Part shown: piece after piece, positions 37,101-47,895 of the stretch
Numbering within the stretch: position 1 is the first letter of the stretch
How the letters are laid out: each line of letters begins with the position of its first letter
Assembly: GCA_905178155.1 (NCBI GenBank)
Contig: CAJINV010000014.1
Location: 840,116 to 904,115 of the forward strand
Source: Amoebophrya sp. A120
Taxonomy: Eukaryota; Protista; Dinoflagellata
Direction of reading: 5' to 3'
DNA length: 64,000 nt
Made by a program: the position numbers and the translations under genes
The notes under the pieces: model-generated
Databases searched by the model: none
What the model was told of the DNA's origin: nothing
Seen by the model: the letters and a program-made list of their open reading frames with translations, nothing else

Positions 37101-40100
37101 TTCACCCATATTTTTTGCATCCTATTGCTCTGACCTTTCTTCCCGAGGCCTCCTTTTCTGTTCCTGCTGACTACCAAACCCGCGTTCCCCCTGTGTGTAT
37201 ACTGATCCTCTACCCTTAGGGGGGCCCGCGCGCTTCTCTCCTTCACGATCCCCACTGCACGCAGGTCACTCCCCGGCGATAGCCTGACTGTCGCGCCGTC
37301 CTTCAGCGCCCGCAGCAGTGCTATGTCGGCTTCTTTTCTTTTCAGCATTTTTCGTTCTTCTGTTTTCGGGATGCCCGCCTTTGCTTCGCCTACTACCTTC
37401 ACTGGCGTCGTTGCTAATGGTGCGAACAAGGCCGGGTCTGTTAGGTAGTTTGCCTGCGCCGTTGCCCGCAACGTTTTCAGTCCCATCGTGTACGGGTCAG
37501 CTAGTCCGAGTAAATTCATCCCGAACACTACCCTATAGAATGTCTCCGCCGTTGTTTCTGTTCGGGCCATCAGCTCTTCCACTGCCTCCGTTGTCATTCC
37601 CAATGTTTCGGCTATTGTCAGCGCCATTTCGCCCATCAATTCCGCCCAGTCTCCTAGGTCGAAATATAAATGCATCACTGGCAGGAAGTATATCATTGCC
37701 GACACGAAGAAGACCTGCACTACCCACGTGAGTTCTTCGCCGTTGAGCCTTCCCCTTTTCGCCATTACTTGGAACGCCAAGTGTTGTCCTATCCCTATAC
37801 TTTGTCTTACCTGCCCCCGCAGGGCCTTGGCTTGCTCCGTTTTGTCTTTTGGCACTATTTTGATCCCCAGAATCTTCAGAAATATCTTTTCCTCGAACAA
37901 AATCCCGAAAGGCTGGAAGGCCTGTCTGATCACGTTTACCTTCAGCGGGTCTTCTATCGACGTTGCAACTTCGCACTTCTGTGGTGCCAAGAATTGTCCT
38001 TCGGTTGCGTATATTTCCTCATATGCCCAGCATGCTGCTCTGAGCGCGCGCGCTACTATTTGTATATCTTCGATAAAGAACTTTATTACAACTGTGCCGT
38101 CGTCCACGTATTGCACGCATAGGGTCCATCTTCTTTTCCCGTCTCCGGGGAGTGTTCCTGAGTAGTATCGAGTCTCCACCCTTTTTCTTTTCTCATTCAC
38201 CTTTCTTTTTCCCTGCTCTGTCGTTACCTTCTCTCCCTTTCTGTATCCCGTGACTACTGGCTGGGCTTCTTTGAGGTAGATCTCGTCGACTTCTTCTCTG
38301 ACATTGTAATCGGGGAAAGTTGTATCGATGTCGCCCCCTTTGTAAAGCCTTTTAATCCTCGTTCTCATCTTTGCTTCTGCTATTTTTAGCCTTTCCTCTT
38401 CAGCCCTACCGTCTTCATTAAAGATTTCTTCGAGGAATTCCGCGATTATTTCTACCCCTGGGAGGAAAATCAGGGTCCCCGCTAACATCGTTTCTACTGC
38501 GCCCTGAATGAGTTCGCGGTGTCTTAGTACATGTCCGTAACAATCCCCGTTTCTGATCCATAAATCCTTTGTCCACGCTGTTACTATTATCAACTTTATG
38601 AAACACGGGTGTAGTTTTGCAGCTCTGTATGCTGCTACTGCCCTCGGTAGCCCTATATTGTTGAAATAGTTGGACGCATCTAGCCCAAAGACTACCGTCT
38701 CCTTTCTTCTTTTCCCCTTCCCATTACCTCCCTCCTCTCTTTCGTCCGGTGTTTCCGCTTCGCCCCCCTTGCAGAAACGCAGTTTGTCATGCAGAATAGG
38801 CAACACCTAGAAGCTCAGAAACTTGTCATGCTGAGCCAGTACTTGTGGCCTCATCATGAGACGCCGCTTAGCATCACAAGTTTCCAGACCCAGACATTTT
38901 TACATTTGATAGGGCGGCCGCATCCTCCATGGGCGTGTCCTTCAAGGGGCTCTTATGGATCAAATCCTTCAGCAGGTCCGAATCCTCGGGAGGGGCAACG
39001 ACTGTGTTGTGGTAGTGGTTTTTGTTTCATGTACGACTTTTTTGTTTTTCGAGTAGAAGTCGGTCACTTATATGTAATTGATTCCTGTCCGGACTCGAGG
39101 ACGGCGGAATTTGCGTTCAACGTCGACGTGCGCCGTCATTCGGGCAGCTTGCTGCCGTGCTGCGCGGCACCAGCTACAGCATGTTCATCACGCGCTGTGC
39201 CGCACGGGAAGCCAACACATTCTACTTGCCAGCCGACCTACAACAACAACTCAGAGTGGGAAAACAAAAGGGAAAAAGCAGCAGCAGAAAAACATAGCTG
39301 CCAAGTTCAGAAAACCAAAAAAGTACCACGCGGCGCACTCGTCGAGGGAGGGACCGTCTCCGCCCCCGGGGCCTTTTCTTCGACGTCAGCACCGGCTGTC
39401 TTGGAGCGGCCTTCTTCGCGCGTCTCCGCCCCCGGGGCCTTTTCTTCGACGTCAGCACCGGCTGTCTTGGAGCGGCCTTCTTCGCCCGTCTCCGCCCCCG
39501 GGACCTTTTCTTCGACGTCAGCACCGGCTGTCTTGGAGCGGCCTTCTTCGCCCGTCTCCGCCCCCGGGACCTTTTCTTCGACGTCAGCACCGGCTGTCTT
39601 GGAGCGGCCTTCTTCGCCCGTCTCCGCCCCCGGGACCTTTTCTTCGACGTCAGCACCGGCTGTCTTGGAGCGGCCTTCTTCGCCCGTCTCCGCCCCCGGG
39701 ACCTTTTCTTCGACGTCAGCACCGGCTGTCTTGGAGCGGCCTTCTTCGCCCGTCTCCGCCCCCGGGACCTTTTCTTCGACGTCAGCACCGGCTGTCTTGG
39801 AGCGGCCTTCTTCGCCCGTCTCCGCCCCCGGGACCTTTTCTTCGACGTCAGCACCGGCTGTCTTGGAGCGGCCTTCTTCGCCCGTCTCCGCCCCCGGGAC
39901 CTTTTCTTCGACGTCAGCACCGGCTGTCTTGGAGCGGCCTTCTTCGCCCGTCTCCGCCCCCGGGACCTTTTCTTCGACGTCAGCACCGGCTGTCTTGGAG
40001 CGGCCTTCTTCGCCCGTCTCCGCCCCCGGGACCTTTTCTTCGACGTCAGCACCGGCTGTCTTGGAGCGGCCTTCTTCGCCCGTCTCCGCCCCCGGGACCT

Positions 40101-43100
40101 TTTCTTCGACGTCAGCACCGGCTGTCTTGGAGCGGCCTTCTTCGCCCGTCTCCGCCCCCGGGACCTTTTCTTCGACGTCAGCACCGGCTGTCTTGGAGCG
40201 GCCTTCTTCGCCCGTCTCCGCCCCCGGGACCTTTTCTTCGACGTCAGCACCGGCTGTCTTGGGGCGGCCTTCGTCGACCTTCTCCCCCTCCTGGGCCTCT
40301 TCTTCGACGTCAGCACCATCTGGTTCTTCAGCTCCTTCTGGTTGTTCTTGCCCAAAATTGATGAAATCCTTCCCCTTAACATCAACCTTTCTCAGTTGGC
40401 GGTCGCCGTCCTCGGGGCCATCGTTCTCCTGAGCGAGCTTGTCCTCAAGTTGCGTTATCCTTTGCATGAATGTTCCCACCTCCCGTGCCGTGCGAACAAC
40501 ATACAAGAGAAGAACTTATAGCGAGTTGATGCGCGCATGGCAAATTTTTCATCATCTCGTATGTAAGCATGCAAGTATGACCGCCAGCTCGCGTCGAACC
40601 CCTTGATCACGTCAGAAATCTTCATGAAAAACCGTTAGGTCAGGACATCTCCGACGATGGAAAAGCGCTACAGAAGATACGTTTACGCGCCTCGACGACA
40701 TGCAGCTCATGCACCACCAGATTTTTCCGACTACAACTCTTCCTGAGGTGGGAACGTTTTTGGAACGAATAACTTCGTGTTGAAGTTTCTTCTCGAGCTC
40801 TTCGGCTTTGTCCTTTTCGTTTTCGACTTGGTTCTGCAGCTCTGCAACGTCGTCTTTCTTGTCCTGGAGTTGCGCCTGCAGCTCTTCGATTTGCTTTGCC
40901 ATTTCCTCTTTGCTGGCCGTTTCGTCCTCTTGCTGCGGCGCCGGTTCACCTAGGTACACGTCTCCGATCCGTATCCTGTGAAGAAACGACGTCCCTGCAG
41001 GCAAGGGTACTACTTGACATTACTATTACTATTTCTGAGAGCCTTATTCGCGAGTTCTTGTACAACTAGATACGAAAAATTTTGCTGGAATATTTCCCAG
41101 TATTTGATGCTAGTCTCGCGTCGTGCTTAGCTAGAATCTCATTTTACGTTTTACACGAAGTAGCAGGCAGGGCAACAACAAACTCTCTTGTGCTGCCTGT
41201 TGAGTAGATCAACATCGACCGGCAGGCGCGACCGCGGGGTGTTGCAAATCATAAAACTTCTCAACTTACTAATGCACAGAGAGCACCGACGCTGAACCGG
41301 ATCTTCAGAGAGTTTTCTGAAGCAGGTGCACATCAAATACAAATTCAAATCAAAATCGTCCATGCAAAAAAAAAATCGCATACATGCAAGTATCGCCAGA
41401 AGTGACGTTGTTACACCGGGGATACTCACCTTGTCAAACTCCTTCTCGTATGAACTGCAAAAGTATCGTACTCGTATCAATGCATTACAAATTTTCTCAG
41501 CATGAGAAATAAAATTTGTCATGCTGATTTACCTTAAGAAAAATATTTGTAATGCAAGATTTGCATTTATACGAATACGATACTTTTGCACAGGATATCA
41601 TGGACAGTTGATCGTCTTGTCCGCTGTACCGGTCAAACTCGCTCGCCAGGCCGCGCTGTCAAATGCAAACATGTCCGGGTCTGGCCGACTGCTGAATTTC
41701 TCACGCAGGTTTTGTTCCATACACCGCGAGGCCTGGAATGCAGGACCTAGCATGACAGAATCATCTTCTGTGGCGAGGTCTTTGTGCTACTTATCCTAAA
41801 AGTTTAAGAATCTTCCAGACCCAGAGGACATATTTGCAACGCATATACCCGCGTGGAGCCATTCCGCCTTGCTGATGGCGTTGTCACGACCCTCCTCCGT
41901 ATTGATGTCCGCCCAGACCTGCTTGACGGCACCGTCGCCCGGGGCCGTTGCTTGGTCCTCCGGGGTGGTGTCTTCAAAGGAATCGAAAAGCTATCAAATG
42001 TAAAAATGTCTGGGTCGGGAATGTGATGCTGTCTTTGGAAGGTAAAAAAATAAAAAATCTGTATTGCATGACCTTTTTTACCCCTCAACCATGACCAGCA
42101 AGAAGGGTTCAGTTTGTGCTACGCGGAGTGCGCGTTTCTCATGCGGAATACGCATCAGAAGGCCCTTTAAAAATCTGTGATGCTCCGCCATGCATTACAG
42201 GCATCATGGGTTATGCAAAATATGCATGACAAACCTCGCAATCTTCCAGACCCAGACATTTTTACACTTGATAAAAGCCACCAGCGTCCGTACGGTTCCT
42301 GGTTGAGTTCCTCCTCAACGTCGATGTCTTGCTCGTCTATGGGTATGGAAGCGTCAGGATCGAACTCGACAAAGTTGAATTTGAAAATGAAACGATTTGT
42401 CATGCATAAAATGCGACGCAGGAAGGGACTCTATTGCAGAGGACGCAAGGGAGGCAGATTGTAGCCCTGTTAAAGGGCAAGAGTTGGGCTGCTGGCTAGC
42501 ATGACAGAAGAGAGCTCCTATGCCCAGCATGACAGATTTGCTTTCGACGCCAGGAAAATTTGTCGTGCGACCTATATATAAACTGTGGGTCGAACTGGTA
42601 TCGATTTTATGCATCACAAATTATTATCCGATTCAACTTTGTTGATCTCGATCCTGACACTCCCATATCGCGCAGGGCCTTCGTAATATCGTCCACCAGG
42701 TCGTCGGTGCGGCAATCGGGGGAGTAACAGTCTTCGACTGCTTGCTTGACCTGGTCCAAAGCTTGTTGGTAAGCTTCTTTCCTCTTGTCGCCATCGTCCA
42801 TGTTGTCCAGCTTCTCCTGCAGGGTTTGCGCTATGTCCTCACCGTAGTCTCGCGCATGCTCCGTCTCAGGGGTCACGACGTCCGCCACCAGCGAGGTAAG
42901 TTCGGCCCGGGACATTCCGTCCCCATCCTCCCCTGCATACTTGTTGAAGTCGGCGGCGAGCCCACCTTGCTGCTGCCACTCTTCTTTCGTGATGAAATTG
43001 TCATCGCTCCCCTCGTATGGAGTGGAAATATGTCTGGGTCTGGAAGTGTGCAAGATTTGTGACGCAGCTCTTTCATTACCTAAGAGGTCTGGAACGCAGG

Positions 43101-46100
43101 AGGACCTAGCATGACAGACGCTGCGAGATCTCTCTCTGCCCATGCTGAATGAGAAACTCCCTCTCGATCAGGTCAAGAGTGGACAACTTTTATTCATTGG
43201 TAGCCATGCATATGCAACACACATATTTGCGCGCCCTTCCACACTTCGCATGACAAGTTTCAGTGTTCCAGGAGACCCGGACATATTTGCGACGCATACC
43301 TCGGGTTTCATCTCATCCCAGAGGTTCCCTATCGGGTCGTCTCCTGGGTTGTCGTAGTAAAAATGCTCGATGAAGTAGTGGGTGTACGAATCGTCGGCAG
43401 GAATAGGGTGCTCCATCTTGGTTGCTTCAGCGGCGAAGTGGTCTGTAACCTTTTCTGGTGTACAGTGCGACTCTTCTGTGCAGTCGTTGATCAGTTTTGC
43501 GAGTTGCTCCGTGTGCTCATGAGAAATGTTCGTCATGTGCTCATCCATGACATGTTCGCCCCATGCCTTCACCATATCCAACACGTCGTCACTAAACTTC
43601 GCCTTCGAGGTTTTTTTTCCCTTTTTTCTCCTGGTCGTGCTCAGAACTACCTTCTTCGCAGTTCTGCCCTGTTTCCTCGTGTGCGAGACTTTTCGCTTGT
43701 TCCGCTGCTGCAAAAACGAGTTGCTTGCATGCTCAGCATCCGGGACTGCCGCACCTTTATTTGCGTGGGGTCCCAGGCGGAGTTTCTTTCCGATCCGATC
43801 TAGCCATTCCACCCTGTCCGGTGAAAATTGAAGCATGGTGTCCATCTCCGCTGCTGAGGCAGCGGCCTTCTTCTGCTCGCTGGGATGTTCGAAAAAGCCG
43901 GCACCAGACTCCGTAGGGCCAAGCACCTCGTCCGGCGCCTTCTCCTGCTGCGCTGGTCCCGCGGATACCTTGCTCTTGTCCCCGCGGGGCTGTACTTCGT
44001 TCTTTCGCGGCGCCGCAGGCCCCTCCGTACTACGCGGTGCTGCGACCGCCTCGTCCGTCCGCGGCGCTGCAAGTGCAACCTCGTCCGTCGTGGCCGACTC
44101 TGCAGCCTCGTCCGCCGGCTCTCCTGCTTCCACGGGCCGCGGAGGAGTGGTGTTTTGTTCTTCCCGCTCCGACGGCTCCTCCTGATCATTTGTTTCCGTT
44201 TTCATCATCTGCTCCTCCGGCGCCTTCGGGTTGGCTTCTGCCTCGTCCGGAGATGAAGCGTTGAACCAGGTGAAAAAGGTCTTCTGTACCGTTGGCGGAC
44301 AGCAGTAGCAAATCTCCATCACGTCCTGCCTGCTCAGGGCCCTTGACGCCTCGGAATGCGGCACGCACACGGACTTGCAAATCTCGCGTAACTCCTCGAC
44401 GCTGAGCTTGCTGTCGCCGTTCTTGTCGTCGACTTTCTTCACTTTGCACATTTCGACCAAGTCCGGACAATATGCCTTGCAACTATGTCTGGGTCTGGAA
44501 GGATACAACTTGTAAAAATGCTACGTCTGGACTCTTCATAAAATCTGTACTATTGCGTGAAGAGCAAAATAGGTCCAGTTTTTGCTACGCAGAGAGGGCA
44601 CTTCTCATGCTGTATGAGCATCAGAAAGCCCTCGCTAAGGCATGCATCTGTGATGCTAAGGCATGCATCAGAAGGCCTGTGATGCTAAGGCATGCATCAC
44701 AGACATCATGGGTCATGGACAATATGCATGACAAAGAACCTGGCAATCTTCCAGAACCAGACATTTTTGCAGTTCATAGGTAATTGCCGATGTCTACTCC
44801 GTCGCCATCATGGTCCATGGCCGCGAATTCGTCCTTTGGTCCACCCGGTGCGGCCGGAGGAGAGGAAATCTGGGGGCGATGTGTTTTGTTGGGCAGTTTC
44901 TTCCCCTTCGCGCTCTTCAGCATGGCGTAGTCTAGATCCGGGTCGCTCGAGCTATCGCTCGCCAGCTCCTCTTCTCTTTTCCGTCGCTTCTCCGCCCTCT
45001 CCTTCTTGGCCTTCTGTGCGCCTAACAAGAGCGCCGCGCCACCCCCACCACCCGCGAAAGCACCTATCACCTCCGTAGGGTGGTCTTCAAAGGACTGTGC
45101 TATGTCTTTCTCATAGACCTGCTTTGCCTCGTCGAGGTATCCTGAGTAAAACGGGGCCCACACCCCATAGTCACGAAGATGGGGATCTCATCTGCTAGAC
45201 AAATAAATCGAGAAGGCTTGTGCACTCATCCGCATGAAAAATTAGAACACGCAGCTGCGTAGTCGTGCTTAGCAAAAAAACTGCTCCCCTGTCATCCTGC
45301 CAAGAAGAGCATGACTAATTTCAAGACACCATTAGCGGATGCACCTCATGTTGAGGGCGCCCATCCTGGGCATGAAAATATGCATGACAAGCCCGGCTGT
45401 GTATCTAAAAGACCAAACAATTGACAAATCTGGGGTGCGGACGTTTTTACTCAAGATACCACTTCTTGCTCGACGTTGACCCCGAACAGACCCGTACTTT
45501 CCGCAGGAGTTGCTTCCTCCGTTTGCCGCGCGACCGCGGCGCCCGTCCGCTCCGCAGCATCCCCCGCCGGGTGCGCCGCGGCCTGGGCGGTCTCTTGTTG
45601 CGCTCGCAGCGCGTCGCGGTCGTCGGCATCGTCCCCGATTCCGTCGTTGTTGGTGTTATCGTAGTGGGCGATCATGTCCCCTTCTGTCTTTCCGATCACT
45701 TCTTCCATTTTCTCGTCGACGTCGCCCGTGTTCTTCAACGTTTTAATTTCGTTCGTCTTGCTGCTCAGCGCTTCATCCAAATCCTCCCGCTTCTCTTCCA
45801 GCGTGGGACCAGCACCTTCCTGCAAATTGTCGGGCTCATGCAGGCGCTCAAGCTGATGTTCTTGTCCTGCAGTTTCCCTTGCATTGTCTTCATGCTGGTC
45901 CCTGACCACCTTCCAGACCGCCTCGAGCTCCCCGCCCTTGAGCACCCCATCGTGCTGCTTCTTGCCGTTGACCTCCTCTCCTGTGTCGAACTGGTCGAAC
46001 ACACGGTCGGGCCCGCCGCCCTGCATCCATTCCTCTTTCGTTACGGTGTGGGAATTGTCTGCGTCGACCTCCTCGAGCACTTTGGTGCCGTCCCCCACTT

Positions 46101-47895
46101 CATCCTGGTCACCCGCCCACTCGGGGGCATGCGCTGTCCAATAATTCTCGTATTCTACCTGCATCGAATGCGGTTTCGAGTACTTCCCGTCCAAACCGTA
46201 TTCTTTGTGCTCCGTGAGGTAGTGCTGCATATGGTCTTGATACCCTTCCATGGTGCACTTGTCGCGGCAGTGGTCAAAGTAATTGTCCGTTTCATGCACC
46301 AACTCGTGCGCGCGCTCCAGGTACTCCTTCTCCTCGGCACCTGCCTCGCCGTAGTCGTAGTGAGACGCGTACTCCCGCAAATTGTGATGATGGAGAGGGA
46401 ATCCCGATCCCCAATCATAGTGGTGCTCGACGGCCACCTCCTCCTCGACGCCCATTTCCTCCATGGACTCGACGGCCAAGCCCTCCGCAGCGAACATTGT
46501 CGCGGCGGCACGCATATCCGCGGGGTGGTCTTCGATCTCGGTGACCGCATTTTTCAGAAACATATTCGCCTCATCGTCCGCCAGTTCCAGAGAAATAAAC
46601 CTCCGACGGAGGACCCGCTGCGCCTCCTCCGTGCCGACGCCCTGCAAGATTTTGTTTTCCACGTGCGCCCGCGCCAGCTGCCTGCCGAGTTTCTTGTTCC
46701 GCAGCATTCGTCGCTTCTTTTTTGCTTCTCGCTGTACCTTCTTCTGTTCCAAAGCAACCCTTTCTTGCCTTTCGCTTTGCTTCTGCAACTTCATCTGGCG
46801 CAGCTCCCGCTTGCTCCGCCTCGCCTCCTGCCGTCTTCTTCTCCTCCGCTCGCGTCGCTTCTGCCTTGCGCTTTCCAGTTGTTTTTGTTTGCTTTTTTGT
46901 AGTTCTTGAGAAACTTTTAAAGCAGAAGTTTTTTCCTCCAGCACCCTGGTATTCTTCTTTTGGCGTTCGGAAACTCGAGTCATCCTTTGCTGTAGTTGTT
47001 CTCGCCCGACTTTCTTCTCTCGTGCTTCGGAGGTCCTTCTCTCCACAACACTCACCTCCTCGGCCAGGGCGAAGTAGATCAGGTTGCAACCTGCTGCTCC
47101 ACTGGTGCGCGTGCTGTGTCCTTCTTGCGTGTTGCCCACCAAGAACCACCCGGCGGGGTCGACGTCGTGAAGATGATCGTCCACAGGCAGTGGAGCAGCG
47201 CCGGGTGGATCGAGTTCTTGTAGTACAACATCACGACGAAAAGAATCATGCCGGTCGTGACTAGTATCGACCAGGAGGAGGTCTCGCAACAAAGACAACC
47301 CAATCGAAACGACCACCAGTCCTCCAATCACGGCACGAAATAAAATAAGTGGTCCTCTAGAGCAAACTTTTTGCAGCAGATGATGCTGCTGGCGCGCCGG
47401 AGGAGCTTCACCTCCTCGTCGTTCCGCAATTATCAAAGTGGTACTAGTAGAGCCACGGGATTGTTCTTTGGAAGTTGTTGTTGTATCTTCCTTCCGGGTC
47501 TGATTTCTCATCTTTTCCCTGGTACTGCAAGAGGTGGTGGAAAAAGAAAAACGTCGACGTTGCATAAAGAACCTCCAGTCAAGATGTTGCAGTAGCATCT
47601 TCGGCACCACTGGTCCGGCTCGTGAGGAGCGGCCTCGTGGTGATCTTCGCATCATCTTGTGTGGCGGTACTAGCGTTTTTGTAGCGCCGCAGCTTCTTTC
47701 CGTTTCCGTTGATGTTCCGTGCAGCCTAGTAATACTTTTATCACAACGCCAAAATGTCGTAGAAGACGAACAAGAAGAGCTCCCACTGCTTCCTTGGTCT
47801 TCGAGGCCACCACTTCTTTCCAGCATCCTCATTGGTGGAACTGGAAGCAAGCAAACAATGTCGGGCTCGTTTCTAGTCCAAAATCCTCGATCCAC
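31197..47895 (-). CDS. Giant multi-exon membrane/surface protein with repeated EF-hand-like modules, acidic low-complexity and 22-aa tandem repeats, C-terminal TM; start uncertain, could be two genes
   Basis: ORFs 45451..47895, 44774..45163, 43168..44508, 42607..43143, 40612..41004, 39307..40506, 34163..34414, 33728..34153 and 31197..33488; most junctions checked are in frame after introner removal. Recurrent DxxxxxxI(S/T)KxEWxxxGGxxxxFDx motif; C-terminal YFYGLCGAVFFVLLVGMAVYFLP. Links around 39.0-39.3 and 40.5-41.4 kb not fully resolved. Confidence 0.55.
33986..34289. mobile_element. Introner family B-like
   Basis: Direct repeat GCCTT; in-frame join KKKA|KAARKK. Confidence 0.8.
34575..34642. 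repeat. 33-bp direct duplication in retroelement 3' UTR
   Basis: ggcgttagaacagatttagcctctgccaatacc twice, period 35. Confidence 0.95.
35534..38769 (-). CDS. Reverse transcriptase polyprotein (N-terminally truncated)
   Basis: GLDASNYFNNI (motif 3), IQG (4), YVDD (5), PQKC (6), KILGI (7); the first 12 codons of the listed ORF derive from the introner. Confidence 0.85.
39355..40318 (-). repeat. Coding minisatellite, 66-bp unit x about 14 (KTAGADVEEKVPGAETGEEGRS)
   Basis: Units start at 39355, 39421 ... 40213; internal copies appear identical. Confidence 0.97.
41449..41597. mobile_element. Introner family E
   Basis: TIR-like ends; in-frame join QLSM|KEFDK after +5 removal. Confidence 0.78.
41992..42273. 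mobile_element. Introner family A
   Basis: TIR; direct repeat AAAGC. Confidence 0.9.
42344..42667. mobile_element. Introner family G
   Basis: TIR; flanking repeat diverged; +5 removal in frame. Confidence 0.82.
43016..43298. mobile_element. Introner family A-like
   Basis: Direct repeat CCTCG. Confidence 0.85.
44471..44778. mobile_element. Introner family A with internal tandem duplication
   Basis: TIR; near-repeat GACAA/GGTAA. Confidence 0.8.
45138..45458. mobile_element. Introner family B (diverged)
   Basis: tatcctgagtaaaac ... gtttttactcaagata; +5 removal in frame. Confidence 0.78.

Larger units (their letters stand above)
34540..38769 (-). mobile_element. 5'-truncated non-LTR retrotransposon with (CTA)n tail
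   Basis: RT ORF; TAG-repeat tail at 34540-34553; TGCAG at 34535-34539 and 38770-38774 as probable TSD; strongly purine-rich sense strand unlike host genes. Confidence 0.85.
34425..38911. mobile_element. Introner family A split by a nested retrotransposon
   Basis: Left TIR at 34425, right TIR ending 38911; near-repeat GGACG/GGGCG; host exons join in frame (MEDAAA|PALGLAA). Confidence 0.88.

Noticed and set aside
35534-38806. RT as retron, group II intron, DGR, telomerase, or the enzyme that mobilises introners
   Set aside because: Tail, truncation and TSD fit a non-LTR retrotransposon. Introners have TIRs and no tails, which points to DNA transposition; there is no evidence linking the RT to their spread.
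39355-40318. CRISPR-like regular array
   Set aside because: No unique spacers; it is a head-to-tail 66-bp coding repeat, and no cas genes are present.
38789-40432. Long plus-strand and alternative-frame ORFs (547, 427, 387 aa)
   Set aside because: By-products of a stop-free repeat unit; only the acidic minus frame fits the neighbouring exons.
45421-46902. 493-aa plus-strand ORF, and the similar 32428..33564 ORF
   Set aside because: Antisense shadows of GC-rich minus-strand exons.
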